The notes beneath the pieces are model-generated. The model saw nothing but the letters and a program-made list of their open reading frames with translations. It was not told the DNA's origin and ran no database searches. From an uncultured Beijerinckia sp. (GTDB taxonomy: Bacteria > Pseudomonadota > Alphaproteobacteria > Rhizobiales > Beijerinckiaceae): 64,000 bases of DNA. Numbering within the stretch: the first letter of the stretch is position 1; every line of letters begins with the position of its first letter. The stretch is taken from the NCBI GenBank assembly GCA_964534115.1, contig CAZHOK010000002.1, forward strand, positions 2,622 to 66,621, in the 5' to 3' direction. A program made the translations under genes and the position numbers. Positions 18,360 through 26,868 of this stretch are shown here, in pieces.

Positions 18360-20932
18360 ATTCGCCGTCGCGCGCGTCGAGGCTTCCGCTGATTTTCAGG
18401 CTCGCAGCGCGCGATCTGAAGGGGGGCTTCGCTGGATTTCGCGTTTTTCTGGCCTGTATCGCCCTTGGTGTCGCAGCGATCTCGGGTGTCGGCTCGGTCT
18501 CTGAAGGTCTTTCGGACGGTTTGGCGCGCGAAAGCCGCACAATTCTCGGCGGCGATGTCTCGCTCACGCTGATCCATCGGCAATTATCCGACGAGGAACG
18601 GGGATATATCCTTGAGCGGGGATCATTGTCGACAATTGCAACGATGCGGGCGATGGCGCGCCGCAGCGATGGGCGCTCATCTCTGATTGAAGCAAAAGCG
18701 GTTGGAGCGGATTATCCGTCTGCCGGCCGCCTGATCATTGACCCACCTATCCCACAGGCAGATGCGCTGAAATTGCGCGACGGAATCTTCGGTCTCATTG
18801 CGGATCCCGCCCTTGCAGCAACGCTCGACATCAAATTGGGCGAGAGCATTCTGATCGGCGAACAGAGATTTGAGATACGCGCACTCTTGCGTTCAGAGCC
18901 AGATAAGCTCGCAGGCGGCGTCGGGTTTGGACCGCGTGTGATTCTTTCGACGGATGCATTGCAGGCAACAGGCTTGCTGCAACCTGGATCCCTCATTCGG
19001 TGGAGCAATCGGATATTTCTGAGATCGAACAGCCCAAACGCACCTGTTAGCGAGCAAGCGGTTCAAGATTTCACATCAGGTCTCGCGAAAGCTTTCCCCG
19101 ATGCTGGATGGCAGGTACGAACACGCGCAAATGTATCGCCCCAGTTTGAACGCAATCTCGGACGATTTACACAATTCTTGACCTTGGTCGGGCTCACTGC
19201 GCTGATCGTCGGTGGCGTTGGGGTCGCAAATGCAGTCCATGCTTTCATCGACCGGAAAAAACCCGATCTGGCAACTTTAAAGGCACTAGGCGCAACGGGA
19301 TCTTATGTTTTCCATTCGACCCTGTTGCAGGTGGTGATTGTCGCTCTGGTCGGCATTGTCATCGGACTGCTTCTTGGAGCAGCAATGCCTTTTGGCATCG
19401 CCTATGCTCTCGGTTCGGCAATTCCGTTTCCCTTCACGCCATCGATTTACCCTAGCCAGATCCTGGCCGGCATTATTTATGGCTTGCTCACAGCACTGAC
19501 CTTCTCGCTCATGCCCATCGGGCGGGCACATGACGTTCCTGTCTCAAGCCTGTTTCGCGACATGGTCGAGTCGGCCCGCAAGCGTGCGCGTGCGCGTTAC
19601 ATAGCGATGACGGCGGTCGCTGGAACTGGTCTCGTGGCTGCCGTTGTCCTGCTTGCAACGGATCGGCGGTTGGCGCTCATTTATGGTGGCGCGACGATCG
19701 TTGCATTCATTATCCTGCGTCTTGTTGCGACAGGAATTTACCTACTCGCCAAACATGCGCCCCGATTGCGCAGCATTGAGTTGCGGATGGCAATTGCAAA
19801 TATCCATCGCCCGGGAGCGCTGACATCTGCTGTCGTTCTATACTTGCGTCTGGGCCTGACGCTCCTGGTTGCATTAACATTGATCGACGCCAATATACGA
19901 GACCAACTCACCCGAGGACTGCCCGGAAAAACGCCAAGCTTCTTTTTTCTGGATGTTCAATCTTCACAGGTAAATGAATTCGACGAGTTCCTGAAGACAA
20001 GGGCGCCAGACGCAAAGGTCGAGCGCGTGCCGATGATGCGCGGTCGCGTTGTCCGCCTGAATGGCACACCTGCGAATGAAGTTCGGGCCGCCGAAAATGC
20101 ACAATGGGTGCTCGAAGGCGATCGCGGTATCAGCTATTCCGCGTCGATTCCTGACGGCTCCTCTCTGATGGAAGGGGATTGGTGGCCTGCCGATTACAAA
20201 GGTCCGCCACTCGTTTCGATTGAAGCGGAAGTCGCCCGAGGCTTGGGTCTCAAACTTGGCGATACAGTCACCGTCAATGTGGCGGGTCGCAACATTACTG
20301 CGCGCGTTGGCAATTTGCGGGTCGTCAACTGGCGTTCTCTTGGCATTAATTTCGTATTTGTTTTCTCGCCAAACACTTTTGCTGCAGCTCCGCACTCCTT
20401 CCTCGCCACGGCGACATTCAATGGCAGGGATGAGGCGGAAAAAGAACTCTCGCTGCTTCGCGATGTGGCCACGCGCTTTCCCACTATAACAAGTCTACGC
20501 GTAAAGGATGCACTCGAGGCGATTGGTCAGGCGACCAGCCAATTGGCTTTTGCAATCAAGGGCGCATCGGCAATCGCCCTATCCGCATCCATTCTGGTTC
20601 TGGCTGGGGCGCTGGCCGCCAGTCAACGCAGCCGCATCTATGATGCTGTCGTATTGAAGACGCTGGGCGCCACGCGGAAGCGGCTCTTGAGCGCGCTGGT
20701 CGTTGAATATGCCCTGCTGGGTTTCGCCACAGCAGCATTCGGCCTGCTGGCTGGCACGCTCGCCGCCTGGTTCGTGCTCATGAAGATCATGAAAGCCGAC
20801 ACCTTTGTCTGGATGTGGGCGCCAGCTCTGGCTTCGATTGGCATTGCCCTGTCCATCACGGTCGGTCTTGGGCTTTTGGGGACTTGGCGGGTTCTCGGGC
20901 AGAAACCTGCCAGACACTTGCGTGCTCTCTAA
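18356..20932 (+). CDS. FtsX-like ABC permease (YbbP-like)
   Basis: Two MacB/FtsX-type permease repeats (ATLKALGA, VLKTLGATR). ATGA overlap with the ATPase. Confidence 0.88.
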   Translation: MNSPSRASRLPLIFRLAARDLKGGFAGFRVFLACIALGVAAISGVGSVSEGLSDGLARESRTILGGDVSLTLIHRQLSDEERGYILERGSLSTIATMRAMARRSDGRSSLIEAKAVGADYPSAGRLIIDPPIPQADALKLRDGIFGLIADPALAATLDIKLGESILIGEQRFEIRALLRSEPDKLAGGVGFGPRVILSTDALQATGLLQPGSLIRWSNRIFLRSNSPNAPVSEQAVQDFTSGLAKAFPDAGWQVRTRANVSPQFERNLGRFTQFLTLVGLTALIVGGVGVANAVHAFIDRKKPDLATLKALGATGSYVFHSTLLQVVIVALVGIVIGLLLGAAMPFGIAYALGSAIPFPFTPSIYPSQILAGIIYGLLTALTFSLMPIGRAHDVPVSSLFRDMVESARKRARARYIAMTAVAGTGLVAAVVLLATDRRLALIYGGATIVAFIILRLVATGIYLLAKHAPRLRSIELRMAIANIHRPGALTSAVVLYLRLGLTLLVALTLIDANIRDQLTRGLPGKTPSFFFLDVQSSQVNEFDEFLKTRAPDAKVERVPMMRGRVVRLNGTPANEVRAAENAQWVLEGDRGISYSASIPDGSSLMEGDWWPADYKGPPLVSIEAEVARGLGLKLGDTVTVNVAGRNITARVGNLRVVNWRSLGINFVFVFSPNTFAAAPHSFLATATFNGRDEAEKELSLLRDVATRFPTITSLRVKDALEAIGQATSQLAFAIKGASAIALSASILVLAGALAASQRSRIYDAVVLKTLGATRKRLLSALVVEYALLGFATAAFGLLAGTLAAWFVLMKIMKADTFVWMWAPALASIGIALSITVGLGLLGTWRVLGQKPARHLRAL

Positions 20933-21104
20933 TTTGTGAACGGGATGGTGGCGCATAAGCCGCCTTTCCGGGCCCTGCAAGGCGCAAATGCGACATTGCC
21001 AGAGGCTGATCCTCTTGCCCGGTCTCCAAAGGCAATCCATATTATCCATAGGCAGCGCTCCGACCATCCGGCGGGAAGCGTCTGCATTGACGTGAGAGGA
21101 AACC

Positions 21105-21845
21105 ATGTCCGACTTCGACCGCAACGCTTCGCTCCCCTGGGGAACCGGCGTAGCCCGGGCCGGCACCGCCGAGTACGACCAGGGCCTGCGCTCCTACATG
21201 CTCGGTATCTACAATCTGATGACCTTGGCGCTGGGCGTGACCGCCCTTGTCGCGATGGGCATCTTTATGATGGGCAAGACAAGCCCGGTCGTGCAGGCCC
21301 TGTACATGTCACCCCTGAAATGGGTGATCATGCTGGCGCCCATCGGCTTCGTCTTCTTCCTGTCGTTCCGCTTTGAGCGCATGAGCTACTCGGCTCTGCT
21401 GGGTACCTTCCTTGCCTTCTCGGCTACGATGGGCCTTTCGATGGGCTCCATCGGCTTCGTGTTTAAGGCTGGCAGCATCGTCCAGGCGCTGTTTGCAACG
21501 ACCGCAGCTTTCGGCGCGCTGAGCCTTTACGGCTACACGACGAAGCGCAGTCTTTCGGGAATGGGATCGTTTCTGGTGATGGGTCTCTTCGGCCTGATCA
21601 TCGCGAGCCTGATCAACATTTTCGTTGGCTCAAGCATTTTGGGCTTTGCCATCTCGCTGATCGGCCTGCTGATCTTCGCTGGCCTCACAGCTTGGGACAC
21701 GCAGCGCCTCAAGGAAGAATATGACCTCGTCGCCGGCACTGAATTGGCCGGAAAGGCGTCGGTCATGGGTGCGCTGAGCCTCTATCTGAACTTTGTCAAT
21801 ATGTTCCAGTTTATCCTCGCCCTGACGGGTCAGCGCGAAGAATAA
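21105..21845 (+). CDS. Bax inhibitor-1/YccA family membrane protein
   Basis: DQGLRSYMLGIYNLM, seven TM helices, LTAWDTQRLK and GALSLYLNFVNMF. Confidence 0.92.
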   Translation: MSDFDRNASLPWGTGVARAGTAEYDQGLRSYMLGIYNLMTLALGVTALVAMGIFMMGKTSPVVQALYMSPLKWVIMLAPIGFVFFLSFRFERMSYSALLGTFLAFSATMGLSMGSIGFVFKAGSIVQALFATTAAFGALSLYGYTTKRSLSGMGSFLVMGLFGLIIASLINIFVGSSILGFAISLIGLLIFAGLTAWDTQRLKEEYDLVAGTELAGKASVMGALSLYLNFVNMFQFILALTGQREE

Positions 21846-21862
21846 ACGAAACATTTGTTCTC

Positions 21863-21891
21863 AAGACCCCGCTTCGGCGGGGTCTTTTTTT
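21863..21891 (+). terminator. Rho-independent terminator after the BI-1 gene (possibly bidirectional)
   Basis: AAGACCCCGC-TTCG-GCGGGGTCTT followed by a T-run. Confidence 0.85.
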
Positions 21892-22306
21892 ATCTGCTGA
21901 CGAGCCTGACCGGTTTTTCAAGGACCGCTATGACACGGGACAGATCAGCGCCTCTTTTCAGAACAAGGCCGCCAGCTGCGATGACAGAATATGCACCCTG
22001 TCGGCGGGCCAGTTTCGGATCCTTCTCAATCTTGTACAAAGGCACTTCCGAACTTCGTCTATAGATTGAAAAAACCGCCTTTTGCTTATTGAAATCAATC
22101 GCATAATCACGCCATTCACCGGCGGCCACCATGCGCCCATAAAGGCCCAAAATAATCGATAATTCGTGCCGATCGAATGAAATGTCAGGGGCGGTCCGGG
22201 AAGGCCTTGCAAGGGCGTCGACGGGAACCAAGCGAAGGTGAGTCGGCACCGTTCTCGATTGATCGGCACATAGGCTGCCCTGTTCCGGCTTATTCTTGTG
22301 TTCCAT
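21890..22306 (-). CDS. DUF2794 family protein
   Basis: ISFDRHELSIILGLYGRMVAAGEWRDYAIDF and AVFSIYRRSSEVPLYKIEKDPKL. Confidence 0.85.
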   Translation of the reverse strand: MEHKNKPEQGSLCADQSRTVPTHLRLVPVDALARPSRTAPDISFDRHELSIILGLYGRMVAAGEWRDYAIDFNKQKAVFSIYRRSSEVPLYKIEKDPKLARRQGAYSVIAAGGLVLKRGADLSRVIAVLEKPVRLVSR

Positions 22307-22550
22307 AGGCCCCTCCAGCCCGCATGATCGGGGTTTCCAAAAGGCCATTCAAGGGCTTCCAGCAATTTAAACGGGAGATCCCTTTGCCCAATCAAGAGAG
22401 CCAGGGGTAAGCCCGGTTTGGCGAGGAAATCGCTGGCACTAGCCCCCGAAAGCCATACCGATACTGGTTTTGCCTCAGCAGCCGGACGACATGGACCGTG
22501 TCGGTGGCGCTCAAGCAATGGCATTTTATTTGGCAGGGAGGAATGGCCGG

Positions 22551-22581
22551 CTTGAAAGAAGGCCTCCTCACCGCAATATCT
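22551..22581 (+). promoter_or_regulatory. Putative sigma32 (RpoH) promoter of htpG
   Basis: CTTGAA (22551-22556) then CAATATCT (22574-22581), resembling the alphaproteobacterial RpoH consensus, upstream of a heat-shock gene. Confidence 0.55.
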
Positions 22582-22615
22582 GTGTCGCAAATTCACAGCC
22601 AATGAGAGTGGATCG

Positions 22616-24535
22616 GTGACGAAAGCAGAAACAGTCGCGGCACAGGCAGCAGGATCCCATTCGTTTCAGGCCGATGTTGCGCGCCTTCTTCAAATGATGG
22701 CGCATTCCATATACTCCGACCGAGACGTTTTCATTCGCGAACTTCTCTCGAACGCGGCAGATGCATGCGAGAAGCTCCGATATGAAGCGCTAAAGACCCC
22801 TGACCTGATCAAGGACGGGCAGCCCTTCAATATTTCCATCACCATAGATGAAGAAAGCAAACGATTGATCTTTGCCGACAACGGGATCGGCATGAGTCAC
22901 GAAGACCTCATTGAATCCCTTGGCACAATCGCCAATTCAGGTACGCGCGCTTTTCTTGAACGAATGAATTCAGCAGAAAGAGGCGCGAATGGCGGTGACT
23001 TGATCGGACAGTTTGGTATCGGCTTCTACTCTGTTTTCATGGTCGCAGATAAAGTCACGGTCGAAAGCCGTAAGGCAGGATCCGATCAAGCTTGGGCTTG
23101 GGAATCTGATGGAAAAGGAACTTTCTCAACCCGCCAAATCAATTTGGACGATGCGCCAGCACACGGCACACGAATCACACTTGCACTTAACGAAGACGGC
23201 AGCCGATATGCATCGGCGCCTCACATCGAACGGATCATACGAGATCATTCTGGTGCGATTGCTATTCCGGTTGAATTGATTGCGAAGACGGGTTCGGAGG
23301 CCAAACGCATCACTGAAGGGGTCGCACTTTGGCGCCGCGCGAAGAGCGAGATTAGCACCGCCGAATATCATGAGTTTTATCATGCTCTGGCCGGTCAGTT
23401 CGATGAGCCGGCTCTCACGGTACATTGGCATGCCGAAGGTCGCCAAGAATATACGGCATTGGCATTCATTCCAGGTTCTCGCCCGCTTGATCTATTCGAT
23501 CCGGCACGAAAGGGCCGAGGAAAACTTTATGTGCGTCGTGTGCTTGTCACATCTGATGCAAATCTTCTTCCAGGCTGGCTGCGCTTTGTCCGCCTTGTCG
23601 TGGATTCAAATGACCTCCCGCTTAATGTCTCACGAGAGATGATCCAGGAGAGCCCTATTTTTGGCGCCATCCGCAAAGGAATCGTCACCAAAGTTTTGCA
23701 AGAACTGATGAGAACGGCTGAGACCGATCAAGAAAAATTCGCGCAAATCTGGCAGAATTTTGGGGCTGTCCTGAAAGAAGGTCTCTACGAAGATCCCGAA
23801 AGACGAGATCAGATCTTCAAGATTGCTAGATTTGCAACTTCAAAAGAAAACGAACAAAAACGCTCGTTGGCTGATTATATTGCTGATCTGCGACCCAATC
23901 AGACAGATATCTGGTACATGACCGGGGAAAATCATATGCGGATTGCATCCAGTCCGCAGCTCGAAGGTTTTCGTCAGCGGGGCATTGAGGTTCTGCTTCT
24001 ATCAGATCCGATCGATGCTTTCTGGGTCGAAACTGCTATCGGATATGACGGAAAACCATTTAAGTCTGTCACTCAGGGCGAGGTCAATATCAGCAACGTT
24101 CCGCTCATGGAAGGTGAGGCTCAGACCAATCATGAACCATCAGCAAAGGTTGCTAGCCTGCTGGCTCTCTTCAAGCAAACGCTTGATTCGGACGTTGCCG
24201 ACGTGCGTGCATCAGCGCGTCTTTCGAAAAGCGCAGCATGCCTGGTTGCCTCAGCAAATGCTCGTGACAAACGGCTTGAACGTATGTTGGCCGAGCATGG
24301 CGCGCCAGTGAGCATTTCGAAACCTGTTCTTGAAATCAATCCGTCACATGATTTGATTGTTACACTTTCAGATCTTCTCGACGGGAAGAACCAATCCCTC
24401 ATTGAAGACATTGCATGGCTCATTTTCGATGAAGCCAAACTTGCTGATGGTGAAATGCCGACTCGTCCGGAAATGTTTACTGATCGCTTGATGCGTATGC
24501 TAATGCGGGCGGCAAAGGGACATTCGCAAGGATGA
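22616..24535 (+). CDS. htpG: Molecular chaperone HtpG (Hsp90)
   Basis: FQADV..LL, FIRELLSNAADA, DNGIGMS, LGTIANSGT, IGQFGIGFYS, LYVRRV and DSNDLPLNVSREMIQ. Confidence 0.96.
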   Translation: MTKAETVAAQAAGSHSFQADVARLLQMMAHSIYSDRDVFIRELLSNAADACEKLRYEALKTPDLIKDGQPFNISITIDEESKRLIFADNGIGMSHEDLIESLGTIANSGTRAFLERMNSAERGANGGDLIGQFGIGFYSVFMVADKVTVESRKAGSDQAWAWESDGKGTFSTRQINLDDAPAHGTRITLALNEDGSRYASAPHIERIIRDHSGAIAIPVELIAKTGSEAKRITEGVALWRRAKSEISTAEYHEFYHALAGQFDEPALTVHWHAEGRQEYTALAFIPGSRPLDLFDPARKGRGKLYVRRVLVTSDANLLPGWLRFVRLVVDSNDLPLNVSREMIQESPIFGAIRKGIVTKVLQELMRTAETDQEKFAQIWQNFGAVLKEGLYEDPERRDQIFKIARFATSKENEQKRSLADYIADLRPNQTDIWYMTGENHMRIASSPQLEGFRQRGIEVLLLSDPIDAFWVETAIGYDGKPFKSVTQGEVNISNVPLMEGEAQTNHEPSAKVASLLALFKQTLDSDVADVRASARLSKSAACLVASANARDKRLERMLAEHGAPVSISKPVLEINPSHDLIVTLSDLLDGKNQSLIEDIAWLIFDEAKLADGEMPTRPEMFTDRLMRMLMRAAKGHSQG

Positions 24536-25416
24536 GCCACATCTTCAAAGCAAAGCTTGATGCTTGCAGCTCCTCAGAAGCCATTCGCTACGTTTCATCT
24601 TTGCTCTCTGCAGAATCGGTCGAAAATGCGTGGTCTGAGGCGACGCGATTCGTCATCCATGCAATGCAGATCGACAGGACAATTTTGATTACAGATCCTG
24701 ATCGCGCAGTCAGCTCGACGGAAGCGGCGACTTTGTCTGGATTTGTCGCAAGAAGACTGGCCGGGGAGCCCATTACCCGAATTCTCGGCTTTAGAGAGTT
24801 CTGGAATTTGGAAATTGAAGTTGCGCCCGACGTGCTGGATCCCAGACCCGACAGCGAGACTCTCATCGAAGCCGCCCTAACGGAGCTCGGTTCTCGAAAG
24901 TCGGACAAAATCGATCTTCTGGATTTAGGAACGGGATCGGGGGCGCTGTTGCTTGCAATGCTTGCTGAATGTCCGCGAGCGCAGGGCATTGGGGTCGATC
25001 TGTCTGCAAAGGCCTGCGAATTGGCCGCAAGAAATGCCCGACGCAATAAGCTGAATGCCCGTGCCCATATTGTCCGAGGCGATTGGATGCAGAGCATTCA
25101 AGGGCGATTCGACCTAATCATCTCAAACCCTCCATACATTCGGGCTGGGGATCTCGGCGGGCTTCCACCTGAAGTGCAAAACCATGATCCGACCCTTGCG
25201 CTAAACGGCGGAGAAGACGGTCTCGTCGCCTATTCAGAGATTATCAGATCACTTCATAAAGTCCTGAAACCAAAAGGATTTTCAGTCCTCGAACTAGGGA
25301 TGGGACAGGCTGCCGACGTTTCAGGCCTGGCTTTGAAATGGGGGCTGAGAGTCGGGGCGCTGCATAAGGATTTGGGCGGGATCGACAGGGCAATTGTCCT
25401 GCACAATCCTTGTTAA
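24532..25416 (+). CDS. prmC: Release factor glutamine methyltransferase
   Basis: RRLAGEPITRILG, DPRPDSETL, LDLGTGSGA and ISNPPY. Confidence 0.94.
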   Translation: MSHIFKAKLDACSSSEAIRYVSSLLSAESVENAWSEATRFVIHAMQIDRTILITDPDRAVSSTEAATLSGFVARRLAGEPITRILGFREFWNLEIEVAPDVLDPRPDSETLIEAALTELGSRKSDKIDLLDLGTGSGALLLAMLAECPRAQGIGVDLSAKACELAARNARRNKLNARAHIVRGDWMQSIQGRFDLIISNPPYIRAGDLGGLPPEVQNHDPTLALNGGEDGLVAYSEIIRSLHKVLKPKGFSVLELGMGQAADVSGLALKWGLRVGALHKDLGGIDRAIVLHNPC

Positions 25417-25779
25417 GCCCCAAGCCAGTTCATATTTTGCCAAAAGCCCCTTGGCGCGACCGTCAAAAGCGACTAGAAAGATAACCAGAAATCGCCTCGG
25501 CTTTGCATGCGCAATAGCTTGGGATGCGTAGAGGTCGAACGCTTCTTGTAACGTCCTCCGTATCATGAGCTTGACGCTTATTACAGGCCTAGCCAGGCGC
25601 GTCTCCCTATTCGCCGTATCTGCAATGTGTCGCAGATGGTGATGCTCCGAGATTACCGGGGCTGTTTGCAGACTGGCCGGAGAGCCTATTCGCCTTAACC
25701 AAAATAGCTGTCGAAGAAATGTAAACCGCCCCGACGGTCAAACGACCATCCGGGCCGTGGCGCACATCAAGGATCATCG

Positions 25780-26634
25780 ATGAGACCTGGTCAGAACAAG
25801 CGTATGCGTGGCCGCAACAACAATAATAGGAAGGGCCCGAATCCGCTCACAAGAACCTATGAGTCCAATGGACCCGACGTCAAAATCCGCGGGACAGCCC
25901 ACCACATTGGCGAGAAATATCTCCAACTCGCGCGCGATGCTCAATCATCCGGCGATCCTGTGATGGCGGAGAGCTATCTGCAGCATGCCGAACATTATTT
26001 TCGCATTATTGCAGCTGCACAACAGGCTCAGCAGCAGGCACAGGCTGGATATATGCGGCCCGCCGGCGAGACTGAAGCTGAGGAGGAGGACGACGACGAG
26101 GGCGGAATCCCAGATCGTTTCGCATCACCCTTGGAGCGTATGCCGCCAAATCCACCTCAGCAGCAGCCCTACGGCGGGCAACCGCAGCCTTTCTCCGGCG
26201 GATCGCCTCAGCCTTTTGTCCAGAACAATTTCGGATCGGAACGCCCCCAAGGTCAGCCTCAGGGGGAGCGGCAAGAGCGGGGGCCTCGGCCCGATCGTCC
26301 CTATCAGGACCGCAATGGCCAGCAAAGCCGGCATGGGAATAATCCAAACAGGGGGCCCCGGCCGCAGCGGGACTTCCGCAACGATCAGCAGCCTCGCTTC
26401 GAAAACCGTACCGGAGACGAGCAGCCTGAATCTGGTGGACTGCCTGCTTTCATCACCGCGCCGGTGCGAATCCCGGTCAATGAAGCGGAGCCAAGTCAGG
26501 CATCCGACGCCGATGTGGTCCGCACGGAAGAAAATGAGGGCGGCGGCTTTCATCTACGGCCTCGCCGGCGCCGACGTCGGCCAGAAGGCGAAGGCGAAAC
26601 TCCTACGCGCGGTGAAAATTCGAGTTTGGATTGA
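25780..26634 (+). CDS. DUF4167 domain protein with long disordered Q/P/R-rich tail
   Basis: RTYESNGPDVKIRGTAHHIGEKYLQLARDA..GDPVMAESYLQHAEHYFR. Conserved position between prmC and clpB. Confidence 0.9.
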   Translation: MRPGQNKRMRGRNNNNRKGPNPLTRTYESNGPDVKIRGTAHHIGEKYLQLARDAQSSGDPVMAESYLQHAEHYFRIIAAAQQAQQQAQAGYMRPAGETEAEEEDDDEGGIPDRFASPLERMPPNPPQQQPYGGQPQPFSGGSPQPFVQNNFGSERPQGQPQGERQERGPRPDRPYQDRNGQQSRHGNNPNRGPRPQRDFRNDQQPRFENRTGDEQPESGGLPAFITAPVRIPVNEAEPSQASDADVVRTEENEGGGFHLRPRRRRRRPEGEGETPTRGENSSLD

Positions 26635-26637
26635 TTT

Positions 26638-26662
26638 TAAAGGGGGCTTAGGCCCCCTTTTT
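26638..26662 (+). terminator. Rho-independent terminator after the DUF4167 gene
   Basis: AAAGGGGGC-TTAG-GCCCCCTTT followed by TT. Confidence 0.75.
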
Positions 26663-26868
26663 ATTTGTCCTGGAGCAATATGGAAGTCTTCCATTTCTCC
26701 GAAATGAAAACACGCATTCATGATCTGGATCATCGCGAAGAAAAGCTTGTTCTGATCCCCTTTTGTTTGTGGCGTCCCCTTCCTACATCCTGTGGAGCTG
26801 CCAATGGGGGCTCACTTTCGACGTTGCAGGATCGCTACGGGATCCGAGCAACGGTTGAGGAGAAGAAC

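Noticed and set aside
21958-22602. 214-aa minus-strand ORF overlapping DUF2794 and the htpG promoter
   Set aside because: It is an alternative frame of DUF2794 extended into the intergenic region and has no motif support.
26761-26790. Sigma32 promoter or CIRCE element for clpB
   Set aside because: TTG...CCTACAT gives a fair -10 but a poor -35, and no TTAGCACTC-N9-GAGTGCTAA is present. Too weak to call.
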